Shown here in pieces: positions 1 through 8,141 of a stretch of DNA of 57,070 bases. Where the stretch lies: positions 1 through 57,070 of the IMG/VR virus record IMGVR_UViG_3300006919_008385; one strand, 5' to 3'. The first letter of the stretch is position 1; each line of letters starts with the position of its first letter. Position numbers and translations under genes: made by a program. This DNA comes from a virus. Its lineage: Duplodnaviria; Caudoviricetes. Below the pieces are notes generated by a model. That model had not been told where the DNA came from. It made no database searches and saw only the letters and a program-made list of their open reading frames with translations.

Positions 1-140
1 ATCTGTCTGTGCTTTCTCCACATTTCATTCTGCATGAATTTAATGTGTTTGTTCCTGGCATTTCGTTTGGCTTTTTTAATGCCTGACTTACGAGCTAATT
101 TAATTTGAGTTTGTCTTTGTTTTGTGGTTTGTTTTTTCAT
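1..140 (-). CDS. partial small basic hypothetical protein (runs off window start)
   Basis: Hand translation MKKQTTKQRQTQIKLARKSGIKKAKRNARNKH...; ATG overlaps the TGA of the 137..925 gene; absent from ORF track. Confidence 0.55.
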   Translation of the reverse strand, partial: MKKQTTKQRQTQIKLARKSGIKKAKRNARNKHIKFMQNEMWRKHRQ

Positions 141-925
141 AGTGTATATTTATATTGTTGAATTTTGTCAAATAACAGATTTAGAAAATGTATCTGACCG
201 TTAAAATTTAAGTGACCACTGTCAGGCCACATCCACTTCTGAAACTGTTCTGACTGGTAGTATTGGGTATGTTCGTGTAAATAATGTATAGTGAGGGCAT
301 CATATTTATCCAGCACACTTTTATCTGCCCAATTGGTCAGTTTGAATACACCAGGAGTTGTGATAGGGTTTCTAATGTTTAATTTGTTGTGTATTTCTGT
401 TATAATACATTCTGCACCCAGATACAGATAATTCAGTCTGGGGTCATTGGGCTCAAAAGCATTATCAAACACTTTTTGTTTCAGTGTGGTTTGTCCACCA
501 AACAGCAGGATTTTCTGCTTATTTTCCAGTGCAAAATCACCCAGTTGTTGTAACTGCTGATACATCATTTCATTATAATGAACCTTGACCTGATGCCAGG
601 GTTTGCTCAGAAACTCTTCTAATTCCGTATCCCTAATCACTGTGCTCACATAAACAACATGAAAATCACTGTTAGTGGGTTGATTCAAAACATCCTGCAC
701 CGTGACTTTAAAAGCATTGCCAGGAGTACAATAATTTTCCACCTGATGACCCCAGGATGTCAGTAAAGGTGTCAGTATATCATAACCATTTATAAACGTT
801 TCTTTAAACTCTTTAGAACCCACACTGATTCCTTTCATTTTGGATAACTCACTGTTTGTTAGAGCATTCTGATTAGCAGTAAACCATACCCAATACCAAC
901 TGTCTCCGTAAAATGCTAACTTCAT
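137..925 (-). CDS. SGNH/GDSL-hydrolase-like protein
   Basis: N-terminal FYGDSW block and C-terminal DSGH (DxxH) motif. Confidence 0.55.
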   Translation of the reverse strand: MKLAFYGDSWYWVWFTANQNALTNSELSKMKGISVGSKEFKETFINGYDILTPLLTSWGHQVENYCTPGNAFKVTVQDVLNQPTNSDFHVVYVSTVIRDTELEEFLSKPWHQVKVHYNEMMYQQLQQLGDFALENKQKILLFGGQTTLKQKVFDNAFEPNDPRLNYLYLGAECIITEIHNKLNIRNPITTPGVFKLTNWADKSVLDKYDALTIHYLHEHTQYYQSEQFQKWMWPDSGHLNFNGQIHFLNLLFDKIQQYKYTL

Positions 926-926
926 A

Positions 927-1151
927 TCAAAAGAATTTGGTGTCTGGGTTTGTTTTTTTAATTAACAAAATTAATAATATCCCAATTAAATTGAAAATCC
1001 ACAATGCTCCTAAGATTGATACATTAAAAAGATTACTTAAAAATATACAGGCTACAATTATTATAAAAAATGCAAAATATTTAAATAATATATTAAATGC
1101 GGTGTATAAGTATAATCCTGCTAAAAGTATTAGTGCTATTGCTGTTTCCAT
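927..1151 (-). CDS. small membrane protein
   Basis: 74 aa, hydrophobic; ATG 6 nt downstream of a -10 box. Confidence 0.6.
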   Translation of the reverse strand: METAIALILLAGLYLYTAFNILFKYFAFFIIIVACIFLSNLFNVSILGALWIFNLIGILLILLIKKTNPDTKFF

Positions 1152-1157
1152 ATTATT

Positions 1158-1185
1158 ATTATAGCAAAAACTCCTGATTTGTCAA
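1158..1185 (-). promoter_or_regulatory. sigma70-type early promoter (leaderless)
   Basis: TTGACA-N16-TATAAT with extended TG. Confidence 0.75.
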
Positions 1186-1328
1186 GTAAATGACTGCTAT
1201 CAGTTAAAACATCTGTTAATGTATAGTGAGTATTAACAGGCTTTCTGACGCTCTGACGTGCTCTGTCTTGCGTGTTTTGTGTGTAAAAAGGTGTTATACT
1301 TGCTTTTACCTAGAATACTTTCAAATGC

Positions 1329-1589
1329 TTAGAATAAGCTCATACGCAATAATGCTAAATCTGTGCCATTTTCAAAGCGAAATACTAATGTGTTTGTGTA
1401 ATCGTATTTTTCATACTTAAACAGGAAGTTGCCAGGCTGTATGCCTAGTTCATATAACCAGTTTCTAACGTCTTTTTTAGTGTGCAATCCAAACTCTGTC
1501 TTCTGTCTGGAATTCAACACTAATTCAAACTCTTCCCAACTATCCCAGGCCTTTTGCTCCAGTTCGTTAAAGTGTTTAAATTGTGTCAT
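1329..1589 (-). CDS. small phage hypothetical protein (FxxxxDxA family)
   Basis: C-terminal FRFENGTDLALLRM motif shared with 3334..3558 and 27852..28157. Confidence 0.65.
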   Translation of the reverse strand: MTQFKHFNELEQKAWDSWEEFELVLNSRQKTEFGLHTKKDVRNWLYELGIQPGNFLFKYEKYDYTNTLVFRFENGTDLALLRMSLF

Positions 1590-1596
1590 TAATCAT

Positions 1597-1624
1597 ATAA
1601 TAACAAAAGATAACTTTTTGTCAA
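1597..1624 (-). promoter_or_regulatory. sigma70-type early promoter (leaderless)
   Basis: TTGACA-N16-TATTAT, ATG 7 nt downstream. Confidence 0.7.
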
Positions 1625-1629
1625 GTCAT

Positions 1630-1655
1630 AAAAAAAGGGCCTAATAAGACCCTTT
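1630..1655 (-). terminator. Rho-independent terminator
   Basis: AAAGGGTC-TTATTA-GGCCCTTT followed by U-run on minus strand. Confidence 0.65.
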
Positions 1656-1674
1656 CCTTATATAGAACTTTTCT

Positions 1675-1941
1675 TTAGACAGAAACAGTTCCAGTAGCCA
1701 TTGCTCTGTAACCAGCGGCAATAACTGCTCTTGAAGGTGTACCTAAACGGTAAACATTTCTTGATCTACCTTTTGTGTCAGTGACAGTATTTAGATAGAT
1801 TGGGAACCCTTCAAATCTTAGTGATTGAATCACTGATTGTGGGTTACCTAAGCCAAATTGGCTTCTCAATTGAGCTGAACTTAGAGTTCTGCCATTTTGT
1901 AGTGCTGTTAGCACCTTCGCTTTTTTAGTAGATGTTGTCAT
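1675..1941 (-). CDS. small winged-helix/HTH DNA-binding protein
   Basis: Likely start MTTSTKKAKV at 1941 with GAGG RBS; KVLTALQNG...LSSAQLRSQFGLGNPQSVIQSLRFEG HTH-like pattern. Confidence 0.65.
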   Translation of the reverse strand: MTTSTKKAKVLTALQNGRTLSSAQLRSQFGLGNPQSVIQSLRFEGFPIYLNTVTDTKGRSRNVYRLGTPSRAVIAAGYRAMATGTVSV

Positions 1942-1999
1942 AACGTCCTCTCTTACTATTTTATTAAAATCCATTACCAATATTGGTAACTTGTAAACT

Positions 2000-2027
2000 A
2001 TTATACACAGGTTATACATATTGTCAA
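2000..2027 (-). promoter_or_regulatory. sigma70-type early promoter
   Basis: TTGACA-N16-TATAAT. Confidence 0.75.
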
Positions 2028-2041
2028 GCCTTTTTAGACAG

Positions 2042-2063
2042 AAAAGGCCCAAAAAATGGGCCT
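2042..2063 (-). terminator. probable terminator hairpin
   Basis: AGGCCCA-N-TGGGCCT inverted repeat followed by short U-run. Confidence 0.5.
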
Positions 2064-2079
2064 AGTCTAAACAAAACAG

Positions 2080-2376
2080 TTATTTCTGTTGTGCTTTTGC
2101 TTCTTTCTGGAATGATTTAATCATATCGTCTTTCTTAAGTCTAGCATCTAACTTGATATCAAACTCTGTTTTAGCAAAGTTATCAAGTTCTTTTTTGCTC
2201 ATTTTGTTAAGAACAGTCTTTGTAGGTACTTTCTTAACTTCTGCTTCAACAACTGGTGCTGGTGCAGGAGCAGGTGCTTTTGCAGGTGTAGATACAACTT
2301 TATCTTTTTTAAAGAAACTGTTATATACAACAAATCCTACTACTACGACGATGATTCCAATTACTAGATTATCCAT
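2080..2376 (-). CDS. N-anchored membrane protein with Pro/Ala linker and small C-terminal helical domain
   Basis: N-terminal TM, PAPAPAP linker, LNKMSKKELDNFAK...LDARLKKDDMI (Rho-N/HeH-like); AGGAG RBS. Confidence 0.65.
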   Translation of the reverse strand: MDNLVIGIIVVVVGFVVYNSFFKKDKVVSTPAKAPAPAPAPVVEAEVKKVPTKTVLNKMSKKELDNFAKTEFDIKLDARLKKDDMIKSFQKEAKAQQK

Positions 2377-2378
2377 GG

Positions 2379-3317
2379 TTATCTCCTAAGTTTATCATCT
2401 AATTTACTGAGATTAGAATATCTCTTCCAATCTAATGGGTGGTCTAAATTAAAAGGATTTAGCCTTTTATATACTGTTGAGTTTATTCTGCTTTTAACAT
2501 CATCAACAATGGCTTCGTCCTTTGCATCATCCAGTTCAATATCAAAGTTTTCAAATAAAGAAAACATAGCAATATCAAACTCTAGGTAACTGAACCCAAA
2601 CTGGTCTTCGTCACCATTCGCTACGCCTAACCCATCAGTAGGTTTTGCAGAAATGATCGATTCTGGAACTCCCAAATGCTCTGCTAGAGCAGGAACTTCC
2701 CAACTTTTAGTGAGACTTTGTATTGGTGCTACGTCACCGACGTCACCGTGTAAAGTCCAAAACCCTGCGGCTAATTCACTAAAGTTGTCTGTACTTGCAA
2801 CTATACCTTTGTGCAAACTTGCCTGGTTGTAAAGAGTAATCATTCTGAGTCTTGCTCTAATGTTTCCTCCTCTCACTCTGGCGTCTTTGCTATGGTAGAA
2901 GTCTCTGCCATGTAAATTGACATCTGCTACTTCAGTTGCGTGTTCTAAATATGATTCGAATGCTTGAGTTAAGTCTACTTGTAAATGTTCTATTCCCAAA
3001 CTTTCACAAGCCTCTATTCCTCTTTCTGTTTCTGATGGTTCTTGATGGATAGGAAGTGTTAGTCCTGTAACATTCCATCCTGCGTTTTTAAATAATGCGG
3101 CAGTTAAGGCACTATCTATGCCTCCGCTCATGCCTAAAAAGACATTGTTCACATTCCATTTTGTTCTGTATTCTGATAACCCTTTAACAAGTTCTTCTCC
3201 TAACGTAGGAATATCATCATGATATACGTCAGAGTTCTTAAGGTCTTCTAATCTGTCTAAAAACCAAGAGCTTAACTCAGGGTTTCTGTTTAATTCTAGT
3301 ATCTTGTTTGTGTCCAT
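2379..3317 (-). CDS. nadE: NH3-dependent NAD(+) synthetase
   Basis: SGGIDS PP-loop, GNIRARLRMITLY, GFWTLHGDVGD, PTDGL; likely start MDTNK at 3317 after AATAAATA. Confidence 0.9.
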   Translation of the reverse strand: MDTNKILELNRNPELSSWFLDRLEDLKNSDVYHDDIPTLGEELVKGLSEYRTKWNVNNVFLGMSGGIDSALTAALFKNAGWNVTGLTLPIHQEPSETERGIEACESLGIEHLQVDLTQAFESYLEHATEVADVNLHGRDFYHSKDARVRGGNIRARLRMITLYNQASLHKGIVASTDNFSELAAGFWTLHGDVGDVAPIQSLTKSWEVPALAEHLGVPESIISAKPTDGLGVANGDEDQFGFSYLEFDIAMFSLFENFDIELDDAKDEAIVDDVKSRINSTVYKRLNPFNLDHPLDWKRYSNLSKLDDKLRR

Positions 3318-3333
3318 GTAGTAGTATTTATTT

Positions 3334-3558
3334 TTAAATAATTTTGTGTGAAAGATTTTCGAACTTAATTTTAATAAATGCCAAGTCCTCATGGCTTTTA
3401 AATCTCACCATACCTTTACGCCTTACAAATTCTGTAATGCCTAATTCTTCACAACTGTTATCAAACATCATATGATCTTCAAGTTTGTCAGATGTAAGAA
3501 TAATCTGATTGTCCTTCCAATTCATCCAGTTTTTAAATTGTATTTTATGATCTGTCAT
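3334..3558 (-). CDS. small phage hypothetical protein (FxxxxDxA family)
   Basis: VRFKSHEDLAFIKIKF motif; ATG overlaps upstream stop. Confidence 0.6.
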   Translation of the reverse strand: MTDHKIQFKNWMNWKDNQIILTSDKLEDHMMFDNSCEELGITEFVRRKGMVRFKSHEDLAFIKIKFENLSHKII

Positions 3559-3929
3559 AATAAACTTGCTAAATTCATTAATACAGATGTTCCTGTAATG
3601 GCACTACCTATCATAATTGCTTTGTCGTTCCATAAATGTCCAACATATACCCAAGCGATTGAACTTAATGCATAGGCTACTTTGCCTTCAGTTATAAATT
3701 CTGCACTCTGTAAAAAGACTCCTGATACTGCAAGAATAGTTGCGACCCATTTGATGTAACTGTCTATTCCACCTGTTGGTGTGCTGGGTGCAAATATATC
3801 TACTTGTTCTTGTGCTTCTGCTAGTTCTTCTTTGAGTCTCTGACGTTCAGCATTAAGTTCTCGTGCTAACTGCCCTGCTCTACTAGTGCCATCTAATTTC
3901 TTAACTTCTTCTTTAAATGATTTTTCCAT
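3555..3929 (-). CDS. 3-TM membrane protein, paralog of 3929..4249
   Basis: YIKWVA...WVYVGHLWNDKA motif. Confidence 0.7.
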   Translation of the reverse strand: MEKSFKEEVKKLDGTSRAGQLARELNAERQRLKEELAEAQEQVDIFAPSTPTGGIDSYIKWVATILAVSGVFLQSAEFITEGKVAYALSSIAWVYVGHLWNDKAIMIGSAITGTSVLMNLASLL

Positions 3930-4249
3930 TAGTTACCCATAAAATATTTCAATAAGCCTGATGCTAATACAAACATTAATACACCATTTAATAATAACAA
4001 TGCTCTGTCTTTCCATAATAAGCCAACTATCATCCAGCCTGTTACTCCTATTAAACTAAAAATATTGTCAAGTAAGTTTGCCATTTCGCTATCTATATCT
4101 GGTCCGTTTATTCTAAACATAGCAGACAATAAAATAAAGAAACTTGCAGTCCACTTTATATACCAACTTGCATCATGTTTTGGGGTAGCACTTTTGTATA
4201 TTCGTTTACTGTTTGCTATTTCTTCTGGATGAAAATCTTTTCCTGCCAT
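3929..4249 (-). CDS. 3-TM membrane protein, paralog of 3555..3929
   Basis: YIKWTA...WMIVGLLWKDRA motif. Confidence 0.7.
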   Translation of the reverse strand: MAGKDFHPEEIANSKRIYKSATPKHDASWYIKWTASFFILLSAMFRINGPDIDSEMANLLDNIFSLIGVTGWMIVGLLWKDRALLLLNGVLMFVLASGLLKYFMGN

Positions 4250-4250
4250 A

Positions 4251-4592
4251 TTATAATCCTAATCTATCGTTTGTGTTCATTGAAAATAAACTGTGTTCTT
4301 CGTGTAATATTAATTCCCATGTTAATACCTCTCTGGTAAGATCGTTGTCTGCTTCTTGTATTTTTTTCAAGATTTTTTGTCTGTGTACTATATCTACCTC
4401 ATATACAAGTTCACACCATAAAAATAACAGATAAAAAATTGCTGGAGGAACAATAATAAACATTAGGACATTTGGGAATAACCAACATAATGCTACCAAG
4501 TGAGCGCCTAAGACAGCCATAGCATAGTTTCTCAAACTGTTTGTGTACTTAGTAACGTGGCTCATAATCTGCAAAAATGTAGTCTGGTTCAT
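4251..4592 (-). CDS. membrane protein, paralog of 4549..4857
   Basis: KYTNSLRNYA...HLVALCWLFP. Confidence 0.6.
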   Translation of the reverse strand: MNQTTFLQIMSHVTKYTNSLRNYAMAVLGAHLVALCWLFPNVLMFIIVPPAIFYLLFLWCELVYEVDIVHRQKILKKIQEADNDLTREVLTWELILHEEHSLFSMNTNDRLGL

Positions 4593-4857
4593 AATCGTTT
4601 ACTAATACAAAAGGTCTGATGTGTGGATCATAACCACCAGCATCAAACAAATAGATAGGTGTATACGGCCAATCTATGCCTTCACGTTGAGCATAATTGT
4701 ACACCATATAATATGCTATGAATAACCACAACGAAGGCACAACTAATAAAAATAAAACAAAAAAGTACATGGGAAATAATGCTATTAACAATAATAAATG
4801 TCCGTATGCTATTGCACCAGCATACCATTTTAAACTGCTAGTTACTTTGCTCAGCAT
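4549..4857 (-). CDS. membrane protein, paralog of 4251..4592
   Basis: KVTSSLKWYA...HLLLLIALFP. Confidence 0.6.
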   Translation of the reverse strand: MLSKVTSSLKWYAGAIAYGHLLLLIALFPMYFFVLFLLVVPSLWLFIAYYMVYNYAQREGIDWPYTPIYLFDAGGYDPHIRPFVLVNDYEPDYIFADYEPRY

Positions 4858-5023
4858 TTTCTAGTTCTTGTTTAACAATGAATCTTATATATTCATCAGC
4901 ATTAGTTAAATCATAATCAGTAACTATTGCATATAATAAAGTTAAAAATACTAACGTCATTATTACAGACAGATATATGTTTATACCGGCTGTTATCTTG
5001 AGCCATTTGATCATATGTTTCAT
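4838..5023 (-). CDS. small membrane protein
   Basis: Likely start MKHMIKW at 5023 with AGGAG RBS; one TM segment. Confidence 0.55.
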   Translation of the reverse strand: MKHMIKWLKITAGINIYLSVIMTLVFLTLLYAIVTDYDLTNADEYIRFIVKQELENAEQSN

Positions 5024-5385
5024 AATGCTACTCCTAGTAATATTATTAAAACATAAGTCATAATATGTAAAAACTGGTCTGTACCATGAACTACCCAATA
5101 CATTTGGTCTGCTGGTCCTAGGTTTCTGCTTTTCCAAAAATTACTTTTAACATAATCTATATGATAATGAATAATACTGTCTAATGCACCAAATAAAAAT
5201 GCTGTTAGAGGATTAACATATAAAAGTAAGATAATAAAAGTAAATAAGCCATGTAATTTAGCATGAGCAACTCCACCCCAAGCACCGTAAGAGCCTTTGT
5301 CTTTGATCATCCAACTGTTTTGAGTGTAGTAATCTGCTATAAGATGTTTAAGAGCGAATAATGTAAAGAGCCCTAAGATTTCCAT
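5020..5385 (-). CDS. DUF3307-like membrane protein
   Basis: HLIADYYTQ, HAKLHG, HYHIDYVK, DQFLH histidine motifs. Confidence 0.8.
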   Translation of the reverse strand: MEILGLFTLFALKHLIADYYTQNSWMIKDKGSYGAWGGVAHAKLHGLFTFIILLLYVNPLTAFLFGALDSIIHYHIDYVKSNFWKSRNLGPADQMYWVVHGTDQFLHIMTYVLIILLGVAL

Positions 5386-5388
5386 TTG

Positions 5389-5835
5389 TTAATCCCAACT
5401 CTGGGTTTGATCTATTGTGGTAATTCTGTCTGAGCCTGTGTCTGCCACAGACTGATATGTTTTTCTATCCAGCACATACATAAATGCTTTGCCTTGATTT
5501 GTAGGTACTATTGTTCTCTGATAAAAGTTTGTTGCTGGTTGGCCTGTGTAGCCTTCCATTCTATCTAAATCAGACAAAGTTTCTGAATCAACTTCCCAAA
5601 CTTCGCCCTGTATGTAATGTTCGCCCTGTTCAAATACTCCAGGAAATGCTCCTAGATCTACCAATTCATAATCAGGATATGTTGTTTTTGCTTTGCCAAC
5701 AATAGTGGCACCTTCAAACTGATGTAATCCTCTGATATCGCCGCCACTTTTTAGTGTGCCATAGACAAAAACTTTGTATGTTTTATCATCACTAGTAAAG
5801 TATTCTGCTTTATTATTGTCTTTATCTTCAGGCAT
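5389..5835 (-). CDS. gamma-glutamylcyclotransferase (AIG2-like) family protein
   Basis: VFVYGTLK, GEVWEV, LDRMEG motifs. Confidence 0.85.
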   Translation of the reverse strand: MPEDKDNNKAEYFTSDDKTYKVFVYGTLKSGGDIRGLHQFEGATIVGKAKTTYPDYELVDLGAFPGVFEQGEHYIQGEVWEVDSETLSDLDRMEGYTGQPATNFYQRTIVPTNQGKAFMYVLDRKTYQSVADTGSDRITTIDQTQSWD

Positions 5836-6043
5836 CTAACTTTTCCTCAAGTGCTTTGATCCTGGCATTCATTGTGCTAATCAGTCTGCTTGTATCTGCA
5901 TCTAACGGTTTGGCTGTACTTGCCACGGCCATTGCCTCAAGGTCGTCAATTTTAGCATTTAAGTTACCAATTACTCTGTTTTTTTCATTAATGACTTCAA
6001 TTAGTTCTGCTTTTGTCATCTGTGTTGTACTTTTAACTGCCAT
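5828..6043 (-). CDS. small coiled-coil protein
   Basis: 71 aa heptad pattern, AGGA RBS, upstream promoter. Confidence 0.6.
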   Translation of the reverse strand: MAVKSTTQMTKAELIEVINEKNRVIGNLNAKIDDLEAMAVASTAKPLDADTSRLISTMNARIKALEEKLDA

Positions 6044-6066
6044 AATTATTCCTATAATATTCTGCT

Positions 6067-6094
6067 ATTGTAACTTAAATTTGTTTAATGTCAA
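6067..6094 (-). promoter_or_regulatory. sigma70-type early promoter
   Basis: TTGACA-N16-TACAAT. Confidence 0.65.
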
Positions 6095-6104
6095 CCTTTT
6101 TTTC

Positions 6105-6281
6105 TTAAATCTGGCCTAGTTTACTGTGAGCTTGTTGTAAAATAATTTGTTTTAATGTATCTTTACAGGAGCCACATTGTGATGTTACGCCTGTTTCATT
6201 AATAAATTTTTCTAAACTTTTACTCTTTATTTCAGATCTAAATTTACTTTCAGATATGTTTTTACAAATACATAATATCAT
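6105..6281 (-). CDS. bfd: Bfd-like [2Fe-2S] ferredoxin (58 aa; not in ORF track)
   Basis: Hand translation MILCICKNISESKFRSEIKSKSLEKFINETGVTSQCGSCKDTLKQIILQQAHSKLGQI: CxC...CGxC Bfd signature; ATGA overlap with upstream gene. Confidence 0.8.
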   Translation of the reverse strand: MILCICKNISESKFRSEIKSKSLEKFINETGVTSQCGSCKDTLKQIILQQAHSKLGQI

Positions 6282-6478
6282 GATTTACTCCCAACATGAG
6301 CCCAAAGTCTTTCATGTCCAATATACAGTAAAAACTTAATTACCATATCAACTACTACAACACCAACCGCCGCCTTCATGGGTAATCCAAATGCCAAGGC
6401 AATAACACCTGATGTCAAAGATGCTATTATTCTCCATGTAACACTTTTGGCTACGCTTCTTGATATACTTTCTGCCAT
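6278..6478 (-). CDS. DUF2061-like small membrane protein
   Basis: RSVAKSVTWRIIAS...LYIGHERLW signature. Confidence 0.8.
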   Translation of the reverse strand: MAESISRSVAKSVTWRIIASLTSGVIALAFGLPMKAAVGVVVVDMVIKFLLYIGHERLWAHVGSKS

Positions 6479-6834
6479 ATTTTTTCTATAGTTTTAAATA
6501 ATATTAGATAAAATGCTGTTGCAGTAAATGTACTAGCATCAAACTCTAATGCCGCCATAGTAAATGGATTGCCATGCGACAAGTTTGCCAATATGTGATA
6601 GCCAAACATACTCACAAAGTATGCTTTAAACATATTGAGCTTTTTACCTATAAATGTAGCAAATACTACACTAGCAAAATAACCTAATTGTGCTATATCT
6701 AGTCCTACACTAACAAGATAATACACAGTTAATGCCATTAATGGCAAACCATATTGCATTTTGCTGTTAGAACTTAATAATGGCATAAACAATGCCAATG
6801 CTAAAAAGGGTTGAAAGTTAATTATTTCTATCAT
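6451..6834 (-). CDS. membrane protein
   Basis: 127 aa, multiple TM segments, PFLALALF. Confidence 0.6.
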   Translation of the reverse strand: MIEIINFQPFLALALFMPLLSSNSKMQYGLPLMALTVYYLVSVGLDIAQLGYFASVVFATFIGKKLNMFKAYFVSMFGYHILANLSHGNPFTMAALEFDASTFTATAFYLILFKTIEKIWQKVYQEA

Positions 6835-7267
6835 TTTCTATTTCATATACTCTTTTTCTTAAACTGGTACTACTAAAACTGTGATCTCTGCCATTGTAGA
6901 CCATCTTTATATTTCTGTCTTTACAAATGCTTTTACCAGTAAAAGATTTTGATTTATATTCTTCTCCAATTATTCTTATATTTATAGGAAGTGTTAATAA
7001 CAAGTCCTCTAGGTCTCTTTCTGTAGCATACATCACAATTTCGTCAATATATTTTACTGCCGCAAGTTGTATTTGTCTCTCAACTACACTTTGTATTGGA
7101 GCATTTTTATCTGGTCTGTCTATTGTTGGATCTGTCTGCAGACCCACAATCAGATAATCACAATGTCGTTTTGCTTCTTCTAACATTGTAATGTGTCCTG
7201 CATGAAGCAGATCAAATGTACTACAGGTAAATCCTATAGTGCCACAATCTTTATAATCTAATCTCAA
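6818..7267 (-). CDS. glycerol-3-phosphate cytidylyltransferase-like protein (TagD family)
   Basis: TFDLLHAGH (HxGH) and RDHSFSSTSLR motifs; TTG start. Confidence 0.85.
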   Translation of the reverse strand: MRLDYKDCGTIGFTCSTFDLLHAGHITMLEEAKRHCDYLIVGLQTDPTIDRPDKNAPIQSVVERQIQLAAVKYIDEIVMYATERDLEDLLLTLPINIRIIGEEYKSKSFTGKSICKDRNIKMVYNGRDHSFSSTSLRKRVYEIENDRNN

Positions 7268-7350
7268 TGTTTTGGCCTATTGTTTCTGTCATTCCAGATC
7301 ATATAGGCCATCATTACTATTACAACAATTAAAACGTAATCAAAAACCAT
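7264..7350 (-). CDS. 28-aa single-TM peptide (not in ORF track)
   Basis: MVFDYVLIVVIVMMAYMIWNDRNNRPKH; fills the gap, TGA overlaps next TTG start. Confidence 0.5.
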   Translation of the reverse strand: MVFDYVLIVVIVMMAYMIWNDRNNRPKH

Positions 7351-8089
7351 CTGTAAAATCCAAATACTGCTCTATTTCGCTAGTATCTGTATTTACAATT
7401 ACGCCAAATAATTTACCACCTTTTCCGGCACCACAATCTAAGAATGTAGTGAGCCCTCCTAATTCACTTTCATAAGTTTCAGGATGGTCTTGGAAGTTGT
7501 CAAAATCAGGAATACCAACCATAGGTCTTGGATCATGTCCTACAAATAAATGTACATCTTTTGGGATATATTTTGTCCAGTCGTATGTTCTAATCCAATA
7601 GTCTTGTCCTTTGTGATGATATTGTGGGGCATCAAAGTCTACAGTACCCCATTTAAATACATCTCTTCTTTTTTTGTGCATGTCATCACCAAACTTCCAA
7701 AAGTCAGGATGAGCTCCAGCATGAGCAATATAAATTTTATTGTTTATATTGATATAATCTGTACAATAAGTACATATTTCCATAAAGTTTTTAGCAAACT
7801 CTGGGTTTTCTGTCATCTGATCTATTGTTGCTTGGTTAGGCGGGCCTAATTCTACATTGTTACCAAGTAGATGCCTGTATATTTTCCATTCGTGGTTGCC
7901 CCAAGTAATTCTTGCATGTCCTTTTTTAAGTAGGTATAAAAATTGAGAGCAGACTTCTGCACCATCAGGTCCATTGTCTATAAGGTCCCCAACACAAATA
8001 ATAGGAATATTATTTTGTATAGAATAGTTTACAGCCTTGGTAAATGGAATACCATCTGCGTGAACATCTCCTATTATTAATTGTTTCAT
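7340..8089 (-). CDS. calcineurin-like metallophosphoesterase
   Basis: GDVHA, GDLIDNG, GNHE, HAG, GH motifs. Confidence 0.85.
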   Translation of the reverse strand: MKQLIIGDVHADGIPFTKAVNYSIQNNIPIICVGDLIDNGPDGAEVCSQFLYLLKKGHARITWGNHEWKIYRHLLGNNVELGPPNQATIDQMTENPEFAKNFMEICTYCTDYININNKIYIAHAGAHPDFWKFGDDMHKKRRDVFKWGTVDFDAPQYHHKGQDYWIRTYDWTKYIPKDVHLFVGHDPRPMVGIPDFDNFQDHPETYESELGGLTTFLDCGAGKGGKLFGVIVNTDTSEIEQYLDFTDGF

Positions 8090-8113
8090 ACCTACCTACT
8101 AATTTTAAATTAT

Positions 8114-8141
8114 ATTATAGCAAAAAATGTAAAAATGTCAA
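8114..8141 (-). promoter_or_regulatory. sigma70-type early promoter
   Basis: TTGACA-N16-TATAAT with extended TG. Confidence 0.75.
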
